Below are positions 44,952 to 55,410 of a DNA stretch of 64,000 nucleotides, piece by piece. Where the stretch lies: assembly GCA_001599295.1 (NCBI GenBank), contig BCGN01000005.1, forward strand, positions 62,001-126,000. Direction: 5' to 3'. This DNA comes from Sporopachydermia quercuum. Taxonomy: Eukaryota. Positions within the stretch are counted from its first letter, which is position 1, and every line of letters begins with the position of its first letter. The notes under the pieces are model-generated. The model was not told the origin of the DNA. It saw nothing but the letters and a program-made list of their open reading frames with translations, and searched no databases. The position numbers were made by a program, and so were the translations under genes.

Positions 44952-45555
44952 CCACATTTATAATCAACCGGAACTGATTGATTAAATTTCGGAAACTATA
45001 TAGAAACATGTACGGAAGCTACCGGATATAATAACCGCTCGTAAGTTATTAGATTACATAATCAGATTAATAATTGCCTCACATAAGTTCTCACTTTCAG
45101 TATATATTAATAGATTATGTAATCTAAAGAGCATCACAAACTGCTCTTTGGCCTAACAAAACACATTTACAATTAATCAATCAAAAGCACTACTTTGAAC
45201 TGCACTTGCTGGTTGTTTTATTACTAGAATTCTGATCTCAATAACTAACAAATCAGCAGAAAATCAAGAAGTTTCAATGAAAACGAAATACTCTGTTGTT
45301 TGATGTTGCAATCCTATTGATATCTCAACCAGACGTCTAACTGTAACTTCAGTTGGTATTAAGTGCTGGTGGCCAACCAGTTGGTGGAAACATTCAATTG
45401 CTATTATTTCCTACAAATTCGTTCCAAATAACAGTTGAACTATAACCGACTGAACTCAATTTTGATTAAATAAAATACGGGTTTGTCAATTTCTAGGCAT
45501 AGCGTTTAAACTACAACAATAGTTTCTCATCCTCATAATCACCGTTATCAGCATA

Positions 45556-45957
45556 ATGGGTCTAGAAAGCATAAGAGATGATCCCACTCAGACATCTTCA
45601 AACATAGGTAGCCTGCACCTCCCTCAACAGCAGCATCCTCCTCATTACCAGCATTATCCCGATAGTTTGGTTGATACTGAAGATGAAGATTTATATACTT
45701 ATGATGATGATGATGCGTCTTATGATTCATGGGAAGACGATCTATCAGATGCTCAGGAGCAATGGGAAAGTAGTCTACAAGCATTTGAAAATGTATTTTC
45801 TATGGTGCTGTTACCTTGCCTTGGTAAACTAGTTGGCAAACGAGTGGCATATTTTCTGTATGGTGTCTATTTGAGAAGAAACAGTAATTATGAGATTGTT
45901 ATGCAGGATCCAATTGAATTTGGTGTCGTAGAAGCAGTTCAATCCTTAGTACAATAG
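45556..45957 (+). CDS. MIM2: Mitochondrial outer-membrane import protein Mim2, 133 aa
   Basis: Acidic tract then SDAQEQWESSLQAFENVFSMVLLPCLGKLVGKRVAY, matching the Mim2 pattern DAQxxWEESL...LPxxGKxxGR. Confidence 0.8.
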   Translation: MGLESIRDDPTQTSSNIGSLHLPQQQHPPHYQHYPDSLVDTEDEDLYTYDDDDASYDSWEDDLSDAQEQWESSLQAFENVFSMVLLPCLGKLVGKRVAYFLYGVYLRRNSNYEIVMQDPIEFGVVEAVQSLVQ

Positions 45958-47493
45958 TTGATTCAACTCAGCTCAGCTCAGGTTATTGCAGGATTCTCCA
46001 AAGACATATGTGAAGAGGTGAAATCTACGGGGAAACAAAATTGAATGAATTGTTGATAGAAGCTGGGCAACTGTAGCTATTATCAATTGGTGACCTAGTT
46101 GCTTCAACGTTTGGTAATCATTGACTATTAGCAGGACATTGTCCGGTGAATGCTCAGCAAACGTTGTGTCGCACTTGCTGATATATAGTTGATGGGGTCA
46201 AGAACATTCGTTCAATTATGGAATTCAGTGCTCTCAAATTATTGAGATGGTGTCCTGGATTTGTTATGTTTTCTCCTATTGAATGTTACTTCATTGGCAA
46301 TATGGATCAACGTATTGCTATATTTTGTTTGAGAGTGGCAGGCCCATTTCTAGATGCAACTATCGAAAGATTCACTTGATTGATTTCTGGTAGAAAGGCC
46401 TACAGGTTTATTGGGTTGTTTCGTAATTGATATAATATGTATGAGGTAAGCGTGATAGGGTAGCAGGTAGATAATTTTTGATCAGTGGTCAATGAGAATA
46501 GAATGGGAGGAAAGAAGAAAAGCCAGGTAGCAATTGTAGTATAGATTATATTGAATAGCTATGAAATCATGTATATAGTAAGTATATAGTATTAACAATA
46601 ATAGTAATACCAAACATAATACCATTACACCGTCAAGCAGGTATTATTATAGTATTATTAAACTGATTGAATAAATAAGAGTGAACCATTCAAATAGTGG
46701 AAAGTAAAATCATCTATATGATGGTTATAATGTAAAAGAATATTATCAACGTTTAGTTTTGATACTACAGTTCCTATGAGTAGCACTACCATATTATATG
46801 GGTCCTTTTTATTTTTGCCCTGTTACCACTTTTTTTTTTACTGTCATTGACGATTCAGATATCTATTCTTACTTACATATGCTCCTAGCCGTCTGTCATA
46901 TTCTGAACAGTCAACTGATGATTGGAAAGATCTACACCAATAAAAATCCAATGAATATTTAGGATTCTTCATTTATTTCAATTTTTTCCTCCTCTTTATT
47001 CAAAAATTCCTCAGTACCGCTAGAAAGAGGCATTTTTATCACCGAGTACAATGCTTGCTAATACAACAGCAGTTGAATGAATAAGGGAAATGAATCAAAC
47101 ATTACAATCCATACAAATCTTCTTACTAATTTATTGTACGCGATAATAATTTATTCCGCTTTATTATTTATATCGGTTCTTCCATTACCTTTTCTTTCCT
47201 TTCTTTTCTTCATTCATGCATTTNATACTTCATTTTTCCCACATTGCTAAGGTACCTTACGGGGCAATTTTCATTGAAAGCTGTTTAAGACCACGTGATC
47301 TAAATCAGGAAAGTGATGTTTGTTTTCAACTGCGCAGTGGTTTTCTTATCGCGATGAGAATTTCATGCTTTTCTATTCATCTCCATTGACTGTCGGTGAT
47401 ATGTCAAATCATCTATTCTTTTTATTTATTATTCTATTTACAAGGTATGACAAGCGATCATGGATACTAAATGAATAAAATACATGAATTACA

Positions 47494-49468
47494 ATGTATT
47501 TAATAACAATTCTCTTGTTACTCATCATAATAATAGCAACTGTTATATTCATTGTAATTTTTGGTGACTTGCCCAGATATCAGTATGTGAACGAAATGAA
47601 TTGCAAATTAATGATTTATAGAAGTCTTTCACTATTAGTAATATCAGTACTCACTGAATTGTTATTAATATTAACCAATAAATATAGATCAAGTTGGATC
47701 AGTAAAACAAGAATATTGTTAATCAAACTGTCATATAAATTCAAGCAAACATGTATTGGGAATTTGATGGTTAATAATGGTGGATGGATTGTTCCTGTAA
47801 GTATTGTGGGTCATCTAAAATCAACAACACTCGTATAATACGAGAGGAAAAGCTTCTATTTGCTCTAATTCTGACAGGATAGTTATTTTATTTAACGATT
47901 TACACTGTTGGAGTTGGCTTCTTCTTTAAGGACTGTTTCCCAAGAGTTACATTTCATTATGTCGAGTATGTATGATTGCTTGATAGAATTATTAGTGAAT
48001 TATAAAAGTTTATGGTTATAGCTATTTTGATAAAGGAGAAGAAAGAAAGCAGAAGGAATTGGCAAATTTTACGCTGAATATATCTTCAGTCTCCGGTTAG
48101 AGTATGCTGAAGTTTGGAAAGAACAAATAAATATAAGATCATCGTGAAAGATGTTATAGAATGCTATTTACTTCAAACATACATAATGTTTCTTGTTATT
48201 GCTATTGCTAGCGCTGTTTATATTGAAAAGTATTCTTGTCAGGCTTGTCAGAACTCAATTGTTTGTGATCAGCAGAAAACGATAGAATGTGACGTGGCAT
48301 CAAGGCTTCCTTGAAGATTATAGCTGTCAGTTGGTTCAGTTATTCTTACATAGACCTCCAACGAATTGGAAGCTGATAAACAAAATCCTATTGGATATTC
48401 TAGCTGGCTATTTACACTTACTATCTTGCAACTTATTTTCCTCCTTTCCTTTCCTTTCCTTTGTCTCCTTCTCCTTCTCCTTCTCGTGCTTTTCTTTTCC
48501 TTCTCTTACTAACAAGTAGTAGCTTCCTGTTATACCCGTTGTTCCTCTCGACGCCAATCATATCGCTTCTCCTAGCAGCATTTTCAGACCCTGGTGTGAT
48601 CAATGAGAAAACCTATAAATCCGCTTTACGACTATTCCCTTATGACTATCTAATCTTCGCCCCAGGAAATAGCTGCTCAACCTGCCATTTACCAAAACCT
48701 GCCCGCTCGAAGCATTGTAGCACCTGTGGAGCATGTATTGCTATGTCTGATCACCATTGTTTATGGGTGAATAATTGTATTGGGTATTATAATTACAGAT
48801 GGTTTTTGTTATTTCTGGTGTCCAATATCCTGTTATTATCTTATGGGTTTCTACTCACCATATGCATACTATATGATACTGCTAATGTCATAGGTAAGAA
48901 CGGCCAACAGAAAGGAGATCGTGCTTGGAAGCATTTGGTTGAGGCAATGTTTTATTCGAGGGAAAATCGAAATACTGGTAGTCTGATGATTTTATGCTTT
49001 GTATTTACATTGGTGATAGCTGTTTTCTTTTTTGAGCATTTAAGGTATATTTATATTGGAGCTACCACCAATGAGACGTGTAAATGGTATATTATACAGG
49101 AAGCATTGAATGATGGTGAATTATATGAATATGTGAGGAATGGGAATAGTAACAATAGTAACATGGACATTAATACTTCCAATAATACTGCCAATCATCA
49201 AAATGCTAATAACACATCCACTCTAATACCTACCGTATCATCAACTACGGCATCAACTACAGCATCAAATACACCGATTCCTCAAATCGTTATTATATAC
49301 TATGATGATGGCTCTCAGAATAGAGAACTAGCAGAGTGGGAGGTAAGACAAATCGAAAGTTTACACTTAGTTAAAAGAAAGATTAGAGATTTAGAGGAAA
49401 TCGATAATTTATACGATGAAGGTTTCAGAATAAATCTAAATAAAAGACTATTTCCAGTGAAGTTTTAA
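47494..49468 (+). CDS. SWF1: DHHC palmitoyltransferase Swf1, about 409 aa; exons 47494-47582, 47688-47796, 47883-47965, 48520-49468
   Basis: IFGDLPRY N-terminus, FPYDYLIF, CSTCHLPKPARSKHCSTC...DHHCLWVNNCIG, TTNE, NLYDEGFRINL. The three proposed introns keep the frame (1230 nt total). Confidence 0.88.
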
Positions 49469-50046
49469 GAAAAGAAAGAAAGACTTGGAAATGAACAGTA
49501 GATAGAAGGAGAAGGAAAAGGAGGAAAAGAAGGAATAACATATTGCTATTGTCACAATTATTCATTATAGAAACAGCAAGATAGATTTGAATGTCTTGAT
49601 ATACGCACATCCTATTCTTTCGTAGTTTCAACAGAGCGTTCTATAAATGGTCGCATATTAAACCATTGTTCTAGAATAGTATTGAAATAATGAAACAACT
49701 GAACATGATAAACTTGAAGGTGAATAGTATAAATAGATACAATAAGAAACCCATTTTCAGTAATAAAAACATCTTAGATCTGCAGGAAGAACATATTAAT
49801 CTTCTTCTTCCTCATCGAAGCTTTCGATGTAAAGAACTTGTTCTTAGCCAGAAGGAAGCTTCTTATTACTCTTCACCGTCAGGATCACCTTCTTCCGTTT
49901 TAAATCTTACTTTTTATTGATTGGCTTTGTTTCAATTTACTTGTTTTCATTCATTTCAATTCTATTCCATTTGATTGGGTTTTTATTGATTGCATTCAGT
50001 TTGTCTCTGTTTATTTCTGTTCTAATTACATCGCTTGAACTTGTTT

Positions 50047-51933
50047 CTAGTTATGTTTAAACAACAATGAAAAAACATCATCGTCTGCTCTTTCAACTAG
50101 TTTAATACTGACATCTTTATATTCATCATTACCATCGTTACTACTTCCAGCATACTCATAATCATTCTTACTATCAACATTCTCACCAACTAATCCAAAA
50201 GATTGAACACTCTTTTCATCATTTTGTTTATTCTCACCACTATCATTCCCATTATCGTCATCATAATCAAAAGGCGGTTTGACACCAAATCTCTTACATA
50301 CTAGCTTCGAAGGTTGAAAGACTTTATAGCTTCTTGTTAGTTCACCATACATTTTATATTTTGCAGCTTCCCTTGCTGTAAGTGATTTTGATTTATTAGC
50401 AGAATTAGAAACAGAATCTGCATCATTTGATCCAATTGAACGTGTTTTGAGTTTACTACAAGAGCCATTACTATCAACGCCTGAATAAACGTTTGTGAAT
50501 TTCGATGATAGAATACCTGATAATGGTCGAAACATCTTCGAAACCTGTTGGAACTCGTTTAGTTCCATGAGCCATTCTTCGTGTGATGAGCCATGTTTTC
50601 TCTCTGGCAAAAGCACTTTAGATGTGCTATAGTTGTTGTCATTGTTTCTGTTTTGATTACCTCCATTTGCCCAATAATTAAGGTACGAAGTGTATCTTGA
50701 TTTCTTGCTACTATCAAGGTCATTCTCATAAGGAAACGTTGGTGCATTTAACGCTTGCTGAGCGTCGAAACGGCTGATAAAAGGAATCTCGTTAGCTACA
50801 AAAGTTTCTTTTTCTTTAACATTGACATTGTTATCATCAACTTCTGACTTAATAGTAATACTATGCGGAATAGTAGTTGAATGGCTATTCTTAGTCAAGA
50901 TACTACCAGAATAATAATCATTAGGAATGTCTGATGTATTGGATAATAATAATATGTTAGTTAGATCAAAAGGATCAAGCAACAGTTGAAATCCCGCTGG
51001 AATCAATTTGCCATCATTAGTTGTAAGTTTTGTTTGAAAAATTGGACTATCAACAGTACTAGCATTAGCAAGAGTACCATTGTCTGTAGTATCAGTTTGA
51101 TACCGTCTATTCTGGGTCTCTTTCCTTTTAAATAACAATTTATTGCTCTTTCCCTCCTTTGAAGCTTTCAATTTGTTTTCTACTTCTGTTGCTTTATCTG
51201 CTAAACTCCTAAGCCTATGGCTTCTACTGCCTGTTGATCCATAGTTATTGCTATCATCATTGCCAGTATTATCGTCATCATAACTATCACTTTCATCATA
51301 GCCATAATCATAATCCAGCTGGAGTCTTTTAGCTGATTTCAGCTTTTTCAACTTGCCATTCTTTCTTTGACTACTTTCAGCGCTCGATGCACTTCCATTG
51401 TGTGTATTCCTGTTGTGGCTATTATTCGTTCTGGAATAACTACTTTCTTTCAAACCAAGCTTTTTTAACAGCTGAGCTCCAATAGAAATATTCCCAGTAC
51501 CACTTGTCTCCAATAGATTGCGTGCAATGATTCCAGAGCTTTTGTTTTCGTGTTTATTATCGTAGCTAGTCAAATAAAGGTTTAAGGCTTTACTTCTTTC
51601 AAATGTACTTAAATTATACCTATCACGAAAATCCTGTTCATCCATGAAATCTTCTGGTTTTAACACAACAGCATCCTGTTTACCTTCTTCGGCTTCGAGA
51701 AGCTTCCTTTTCTTTCTCGATACAAATTTCAATGAAGGTTCCCATCCTGTGGAAGAACCAACGGTGTTGTTGTACCCTGCTGACCAGCCGCCACTAATTG
51801 CTCCATTGACATTAGTATTCTGTTGTTTGCTTGCTAGTGCTTTTTTACCTTGTTTAAGCACTGGAGTTCCAAAAAATTCTACTGTACTATTCTGTGCTTT
51901 ATTGGATAATTTCCTATGGATTTGTTTTTCCAT
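50047..51933 (-). CDS. G-patch domain-containing protein 1 (GPATCH1/DUF1604; S. pombe Gpl1-like), 628 aa
   Basis: GAISGGWSAGYNNTVGSSTGWEPS, PEDFMDEQD, EFQQVSKMFRPLSGILSSKFT, AAKYKMYGELTRS...PSKLVCKRFGVKPP. Confidence 0.85.
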   Translation of the reverse strand: MEKQIHRKLSNKAQNSTVEFFGTPVLKQGKKALASKQQNTNVNGAISGGWSAGYNNTVGSSTGWEPSLKFVSRKKRKLLEAEEGKQDAVVLKPEDFMDEQDFRDRYNLSTFERSKALNLYLTSYDNKHENKSSGIIARNLLETSGTGNISIGAQLLKKLGLKESSYSRTNNSHNRNTHNGSASSAESSQRKNGKLKKLKSAKRLQLDYDYGYDESDSYDDDNTGNDDSNNYGSTGSRSHRLRSLADKATEVENKLKASKEGKSNKLLFKRKETQNRRYQTDTTDNGTLANASTVDSPIFQTKLTTNDGKLIPAGFQLLLDPFDLTNILLLSNTSDIPNDYYSGSILTKNSHSTTIPHSITIKSEVDDNNVNVKEKETFVANEIPFISRFDAQQALNAPTFPYENDLDSSKKSRYTSYLNYWANGGNQNRNNDNNYSTSKVLLPERKHGSSHEEWLMELNEFQQVSKMFRPLSGILSSKFTNVYSGVDSNGSCSKLKTRSIGSNDADSVSNSANKSKSLTAREAAKYKMYGELTRSYKVFQPSKLVCKRFGVKPPFDYDDDNGNDSGENKQNDEKSVQSFGLVGENVDSKNDYEYAGSSNDGNDEYKDVSIKLVERADDDVFSLLFKHN

Positions 51934-52243
51934 TGCTATATGTTATCAAATGCTGTATAAAGTCGGACCATGTTGTGTATTATTATTGGTAGGAAACCAA
52001 AAGATGACTAAAACGCATTTACATTGTAACGACCTTAATCCAAGCTTCATTCCCAGCTAGAATGACCATAANCATACAACCAATTAACCAATTATTTGAT
52101 CTATTAGTACTGTACTAAGAACAATAACAAGTGCAATAAACAGATAGGAAGATGTGACAGAATCGTTTATGTACTAATTATGATAATAACTATGAATTGT
52201 AAGGTTACTATATTACATAATCATAAAAGTGCCTTGTAGCTTA

Positions 52244-52275
52244 AAAGATTATATAATCATGATTATATAATCTTT
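52244..52275. repeat. Perfect 32-bp palindrome AAAGATTATATAATCATGATTATATAATCTTT
   Basis: The reverse complement of the first 16 nt equals the last 16 nt. Confidence 0.95.
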
Positions 52276-53490
52276 AGCAATTTTTCCCAACAATTGTTTC
52301 CTGTTGTCACACGCTGACAATATATATGAAACCTAAACAAAAAGAGAGAAATCCCACCTTTCCGGAGGAATTATAAAAACAATTACTTATTTTGACAAGT
52401 ATTTGTAAGGCTGATATATGTCGTATAATGAGTCATATAATCAGGAACTGGCAATTGGAGATTGATCTCGTCGTTGATCTTGGAAAAACAGTAGCATAGG
52501 CTTGATGCTCTCAAGTGCTCAAAGAAAACCTACAGGTGATAGATATAGTATGGAAAGGAGACATTGAACTGAATGATATACATAGTTTCCATATATTTAT
52601 TAACAATTTGACACTATGTTCTAATTTACTTAATTTATTCAATATACTTCTATACTGTCTGCTTTTGAAAGAACTCATTATAATCATTCGCAAAATCCCC
52701 ACATCTCATTCTATTCTTATTCACCAACTATGCCGTTCACATACTTTTCGCACACTTCCTAAACACAAATCAAGAAAAAAGAAGATAATAAGTCTTATAC
52801 ACTCAATAGAATAGAACCAGAACTAACCTTCTCAACGTCCTTAAATATCATCTATAATCACTTTACACCCTCCATAGTTCGTTTCCTCCACCCTCCTCAT
52901 TTCGTCTCATCGTACCACATTGGTGCATCTTTTAAAGATGCACTACACTTTGAAAGCGCTCCTGCCGTTTCCCCACATTTTTTGTTACTGTTTTCGGGAT
53001 AATAACATCGGAATCATAGACGACAGAAGAGTTTACAAACAAATATTGTTGCTGGATTGACCTATTATTCTTATATAATAGAGGAAAATCCGAAAAAGTA
53101 TAATTATACCCAATGTTAGTTTCCCTCAATTTTATAAATTTAGTTCTTGTTAATTGTCAATTGAATCAAAGTGTAGCGACCGGCTAATTTGTTGACTGAT
53201 CGATATAAGTAACAGCTTACTGTGTATTATGTATGAGTAGATCAACGAGAGGAAGAAGCTTATAGCTCAGTTGATGATAATATACGTATGATAGAATAAA
53301 GCAGAGGAAAGGAGTATAAGGATAGAAATAGAATCGTTTTTCCGTTCATATGATATAAATACAGGTATTGAGCGGACACTTTTTTTGAACGAACAAAGAG
53401 GAGGAACGGGTTGAATCAACAAAATATTAGAACAAATAAACGAACAGCAAAAGAAAATAGATACTATAGACCAAGTAACAGAACATCATA

Positions 53491-54192
53491 ATGAGCCAGA
53501 AAATTCTAAAACCACTAAGAATACTCCTGTTAGGAGCACCAGGATCAGGTAAAGGTACTCAGACTTCGAGACTACTGAAGAGGTTTAAGGAATTATCAAG
53601 TATTTCATCAGGAGATCTTCTAAGAACAAACATAGCAAACCAAACGCCAATAGGAATTGAAGCGGAAAAATATATTAAAAAAGGTGATTTAATACCAGAT
53701 ACTACAATGATCGAACTAATAAATAATGAATTAAGTGAGAGAGGTTGGCTGAGCCCAGAAGCAAGTTGGCTTCTTGACGGGTTTCCAAGAACAAGCGTTC
53801 AAGCTGAAGCATTAGATGCAATGCTTGAACCTCATAAAGCAAACTTGAACCTAGTAGTTGAACTAGATGTTGATGAAAAGGTTATATTGGAAAGAATAGA
53901 GAATAGATGGGTTCATATACCATCGGGGAGAGTTTACAATATGTCATACAATCCACCCAAAGTCCCTGGTGAAGATGACATCACAGGAGAACCATTGTCA
54001 AAGCGAGCTGATGACAATCCAGAAGTCTTCAAGGAACGGATGGCAAAATATAGAGAACAGCTGGGACCATTGAAAGAATTTTATAGAAGTAAGCGGTGTC
54101 TAGAAACAGTATCTGGTGATACTTCAGATATCATCTATCCAAAGCTTGAGAAAATGATATTAGATAAGTTCGCTATTAAGCCTTCTCTATGA
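53491..54192 (+). CDS. ADK2: Mitochondrial GTP:AMP phosphotransferase (adenylate kinase Adk2/AK3), 233 aa
   Basis: GAPGSGKGTQ, SSGDLLR, WLLDGFPRT, LID RWVHIPSGRVYN, DDITGEPLSKRADD. Confidence 0.92.
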   Translation: MSQKILKPLRILLLGAPGSGKGTQTSRLLKRFKELSSISSGDLLRTNIANQTPIGIEAEKYIKKGDLIPDTTMIELINNELSERGWLSPEASWLLDGFPRTSVQAEALDAMLEPHKANLNLVVELDVDEKVILERIENRWVHIPSGRVYNMSYNPPKVPGEDDITGEPLSKRADDNPEVFKERMAKYREQLGPLKEFYRSKRCLETVSGDTSDIIYPKLEKMILDKFAIKPSL

Positions 54193-55410
54193 ACAGTGAG
54201 CTAGACTCTAGACTCGAGGAAAGAACGTTGCAAGATCTGTTATGAATACTGTGACTGTTAGATTTAAACGGAAAATTAAGAATATGATAATTTGTAGATT
54301 GATTAAAAAAGCATTCTTAGTATATGTGTTCTGGCCCTTTTAGTAAATATATTTGCTCTAGTTGAGGTGTCTGTTATTATTAATCTTTACCAAACAGCCC
54401 TTTCTATTCCACAGAAGTAGTATTTCACACCCTGGGAAAAAACATATAAACTAACAGAATATCACCAGTTCTTCTTTATATCAAACAAAGACACTTTTAC
54501 ATTTGCATTGCCAATTCTAACGTTTATCCGCAATCTATCTAATATTTCTTCAGTTAAATCAAATGCTTTTCATTTATCAATCTCGTCTTATAAAATAGTC
54601 TTCTTCTACTGGTTTGTATCGAGCAGAGGTTTCGGAAAGGATAACGTGCCCGTTTTGATACAAGATGGGTTATCTTATCCGATATTTGTAGCTACTCAGC
54701 TTCAAGATAAGCAACATATGTTCACGCTTTCCTGAGAAAAAACGATTATTTTCTCTAATATCTACAATGATCATACAAAAAAATGTATACTTAGAAGATG
54801 CACCACCCTATCTAATTGCTTATTGCTTATTACACCAAATTTCATACATATTTATACACTCTCACAAATCATCTATCCTCTACTCCTGTATCTTATCCGA
54901 ANTATTTATTTTATTACCTCCGAAGTTTTCTTTAATTATTTCCTATTGATTTTATCTTGCCATTCAATAACAGAGTTATCAATAAAGTAATCTATCTGAT
55001 CTTATTATTTATCCCGAATTCAACCCAAATCTCTCATCAACTATTTGAACTATTTGAACCTTGACCTTCTTTTGCACCCAGTTTTGTTGTTGCTTTCCTA
55101 ACGATTATCCCAGCATCAGTTCAATAGCCATCCTCTCCAGTGCATAGATACCATCTGCTAGGTGATGCTCAAACAGAATATCAATCACCAATTATTATAA
55201 ATATCAGGAGATCCAGTAACTTGGACTTTGCAAAACTCATAAAATAGTTGAAGCAACAACTCTGAATACTGTCTGTGAAAATCTGACGAACCCCATTGAT
55301 CATCAACCGAGTCTGAATACTATAATTGTTTTTGCATCACCTGTCACACTATACAGTACCTTCCAAGCACTATCAACTACTAGTCCTAGTCATACACATT
55401 AATCTCCATA

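Noticed and set aside
46100..46500. Sm-site-like AATTTTTG plus a TCAGCAA...TTGCTGA hairpin as snRNA or telomerase RNA
   Set aside because: No U1/U2/U4/U5 signature or template recognised, and the motif is common in AT-rich DNA. An Rfam scan would settle it.
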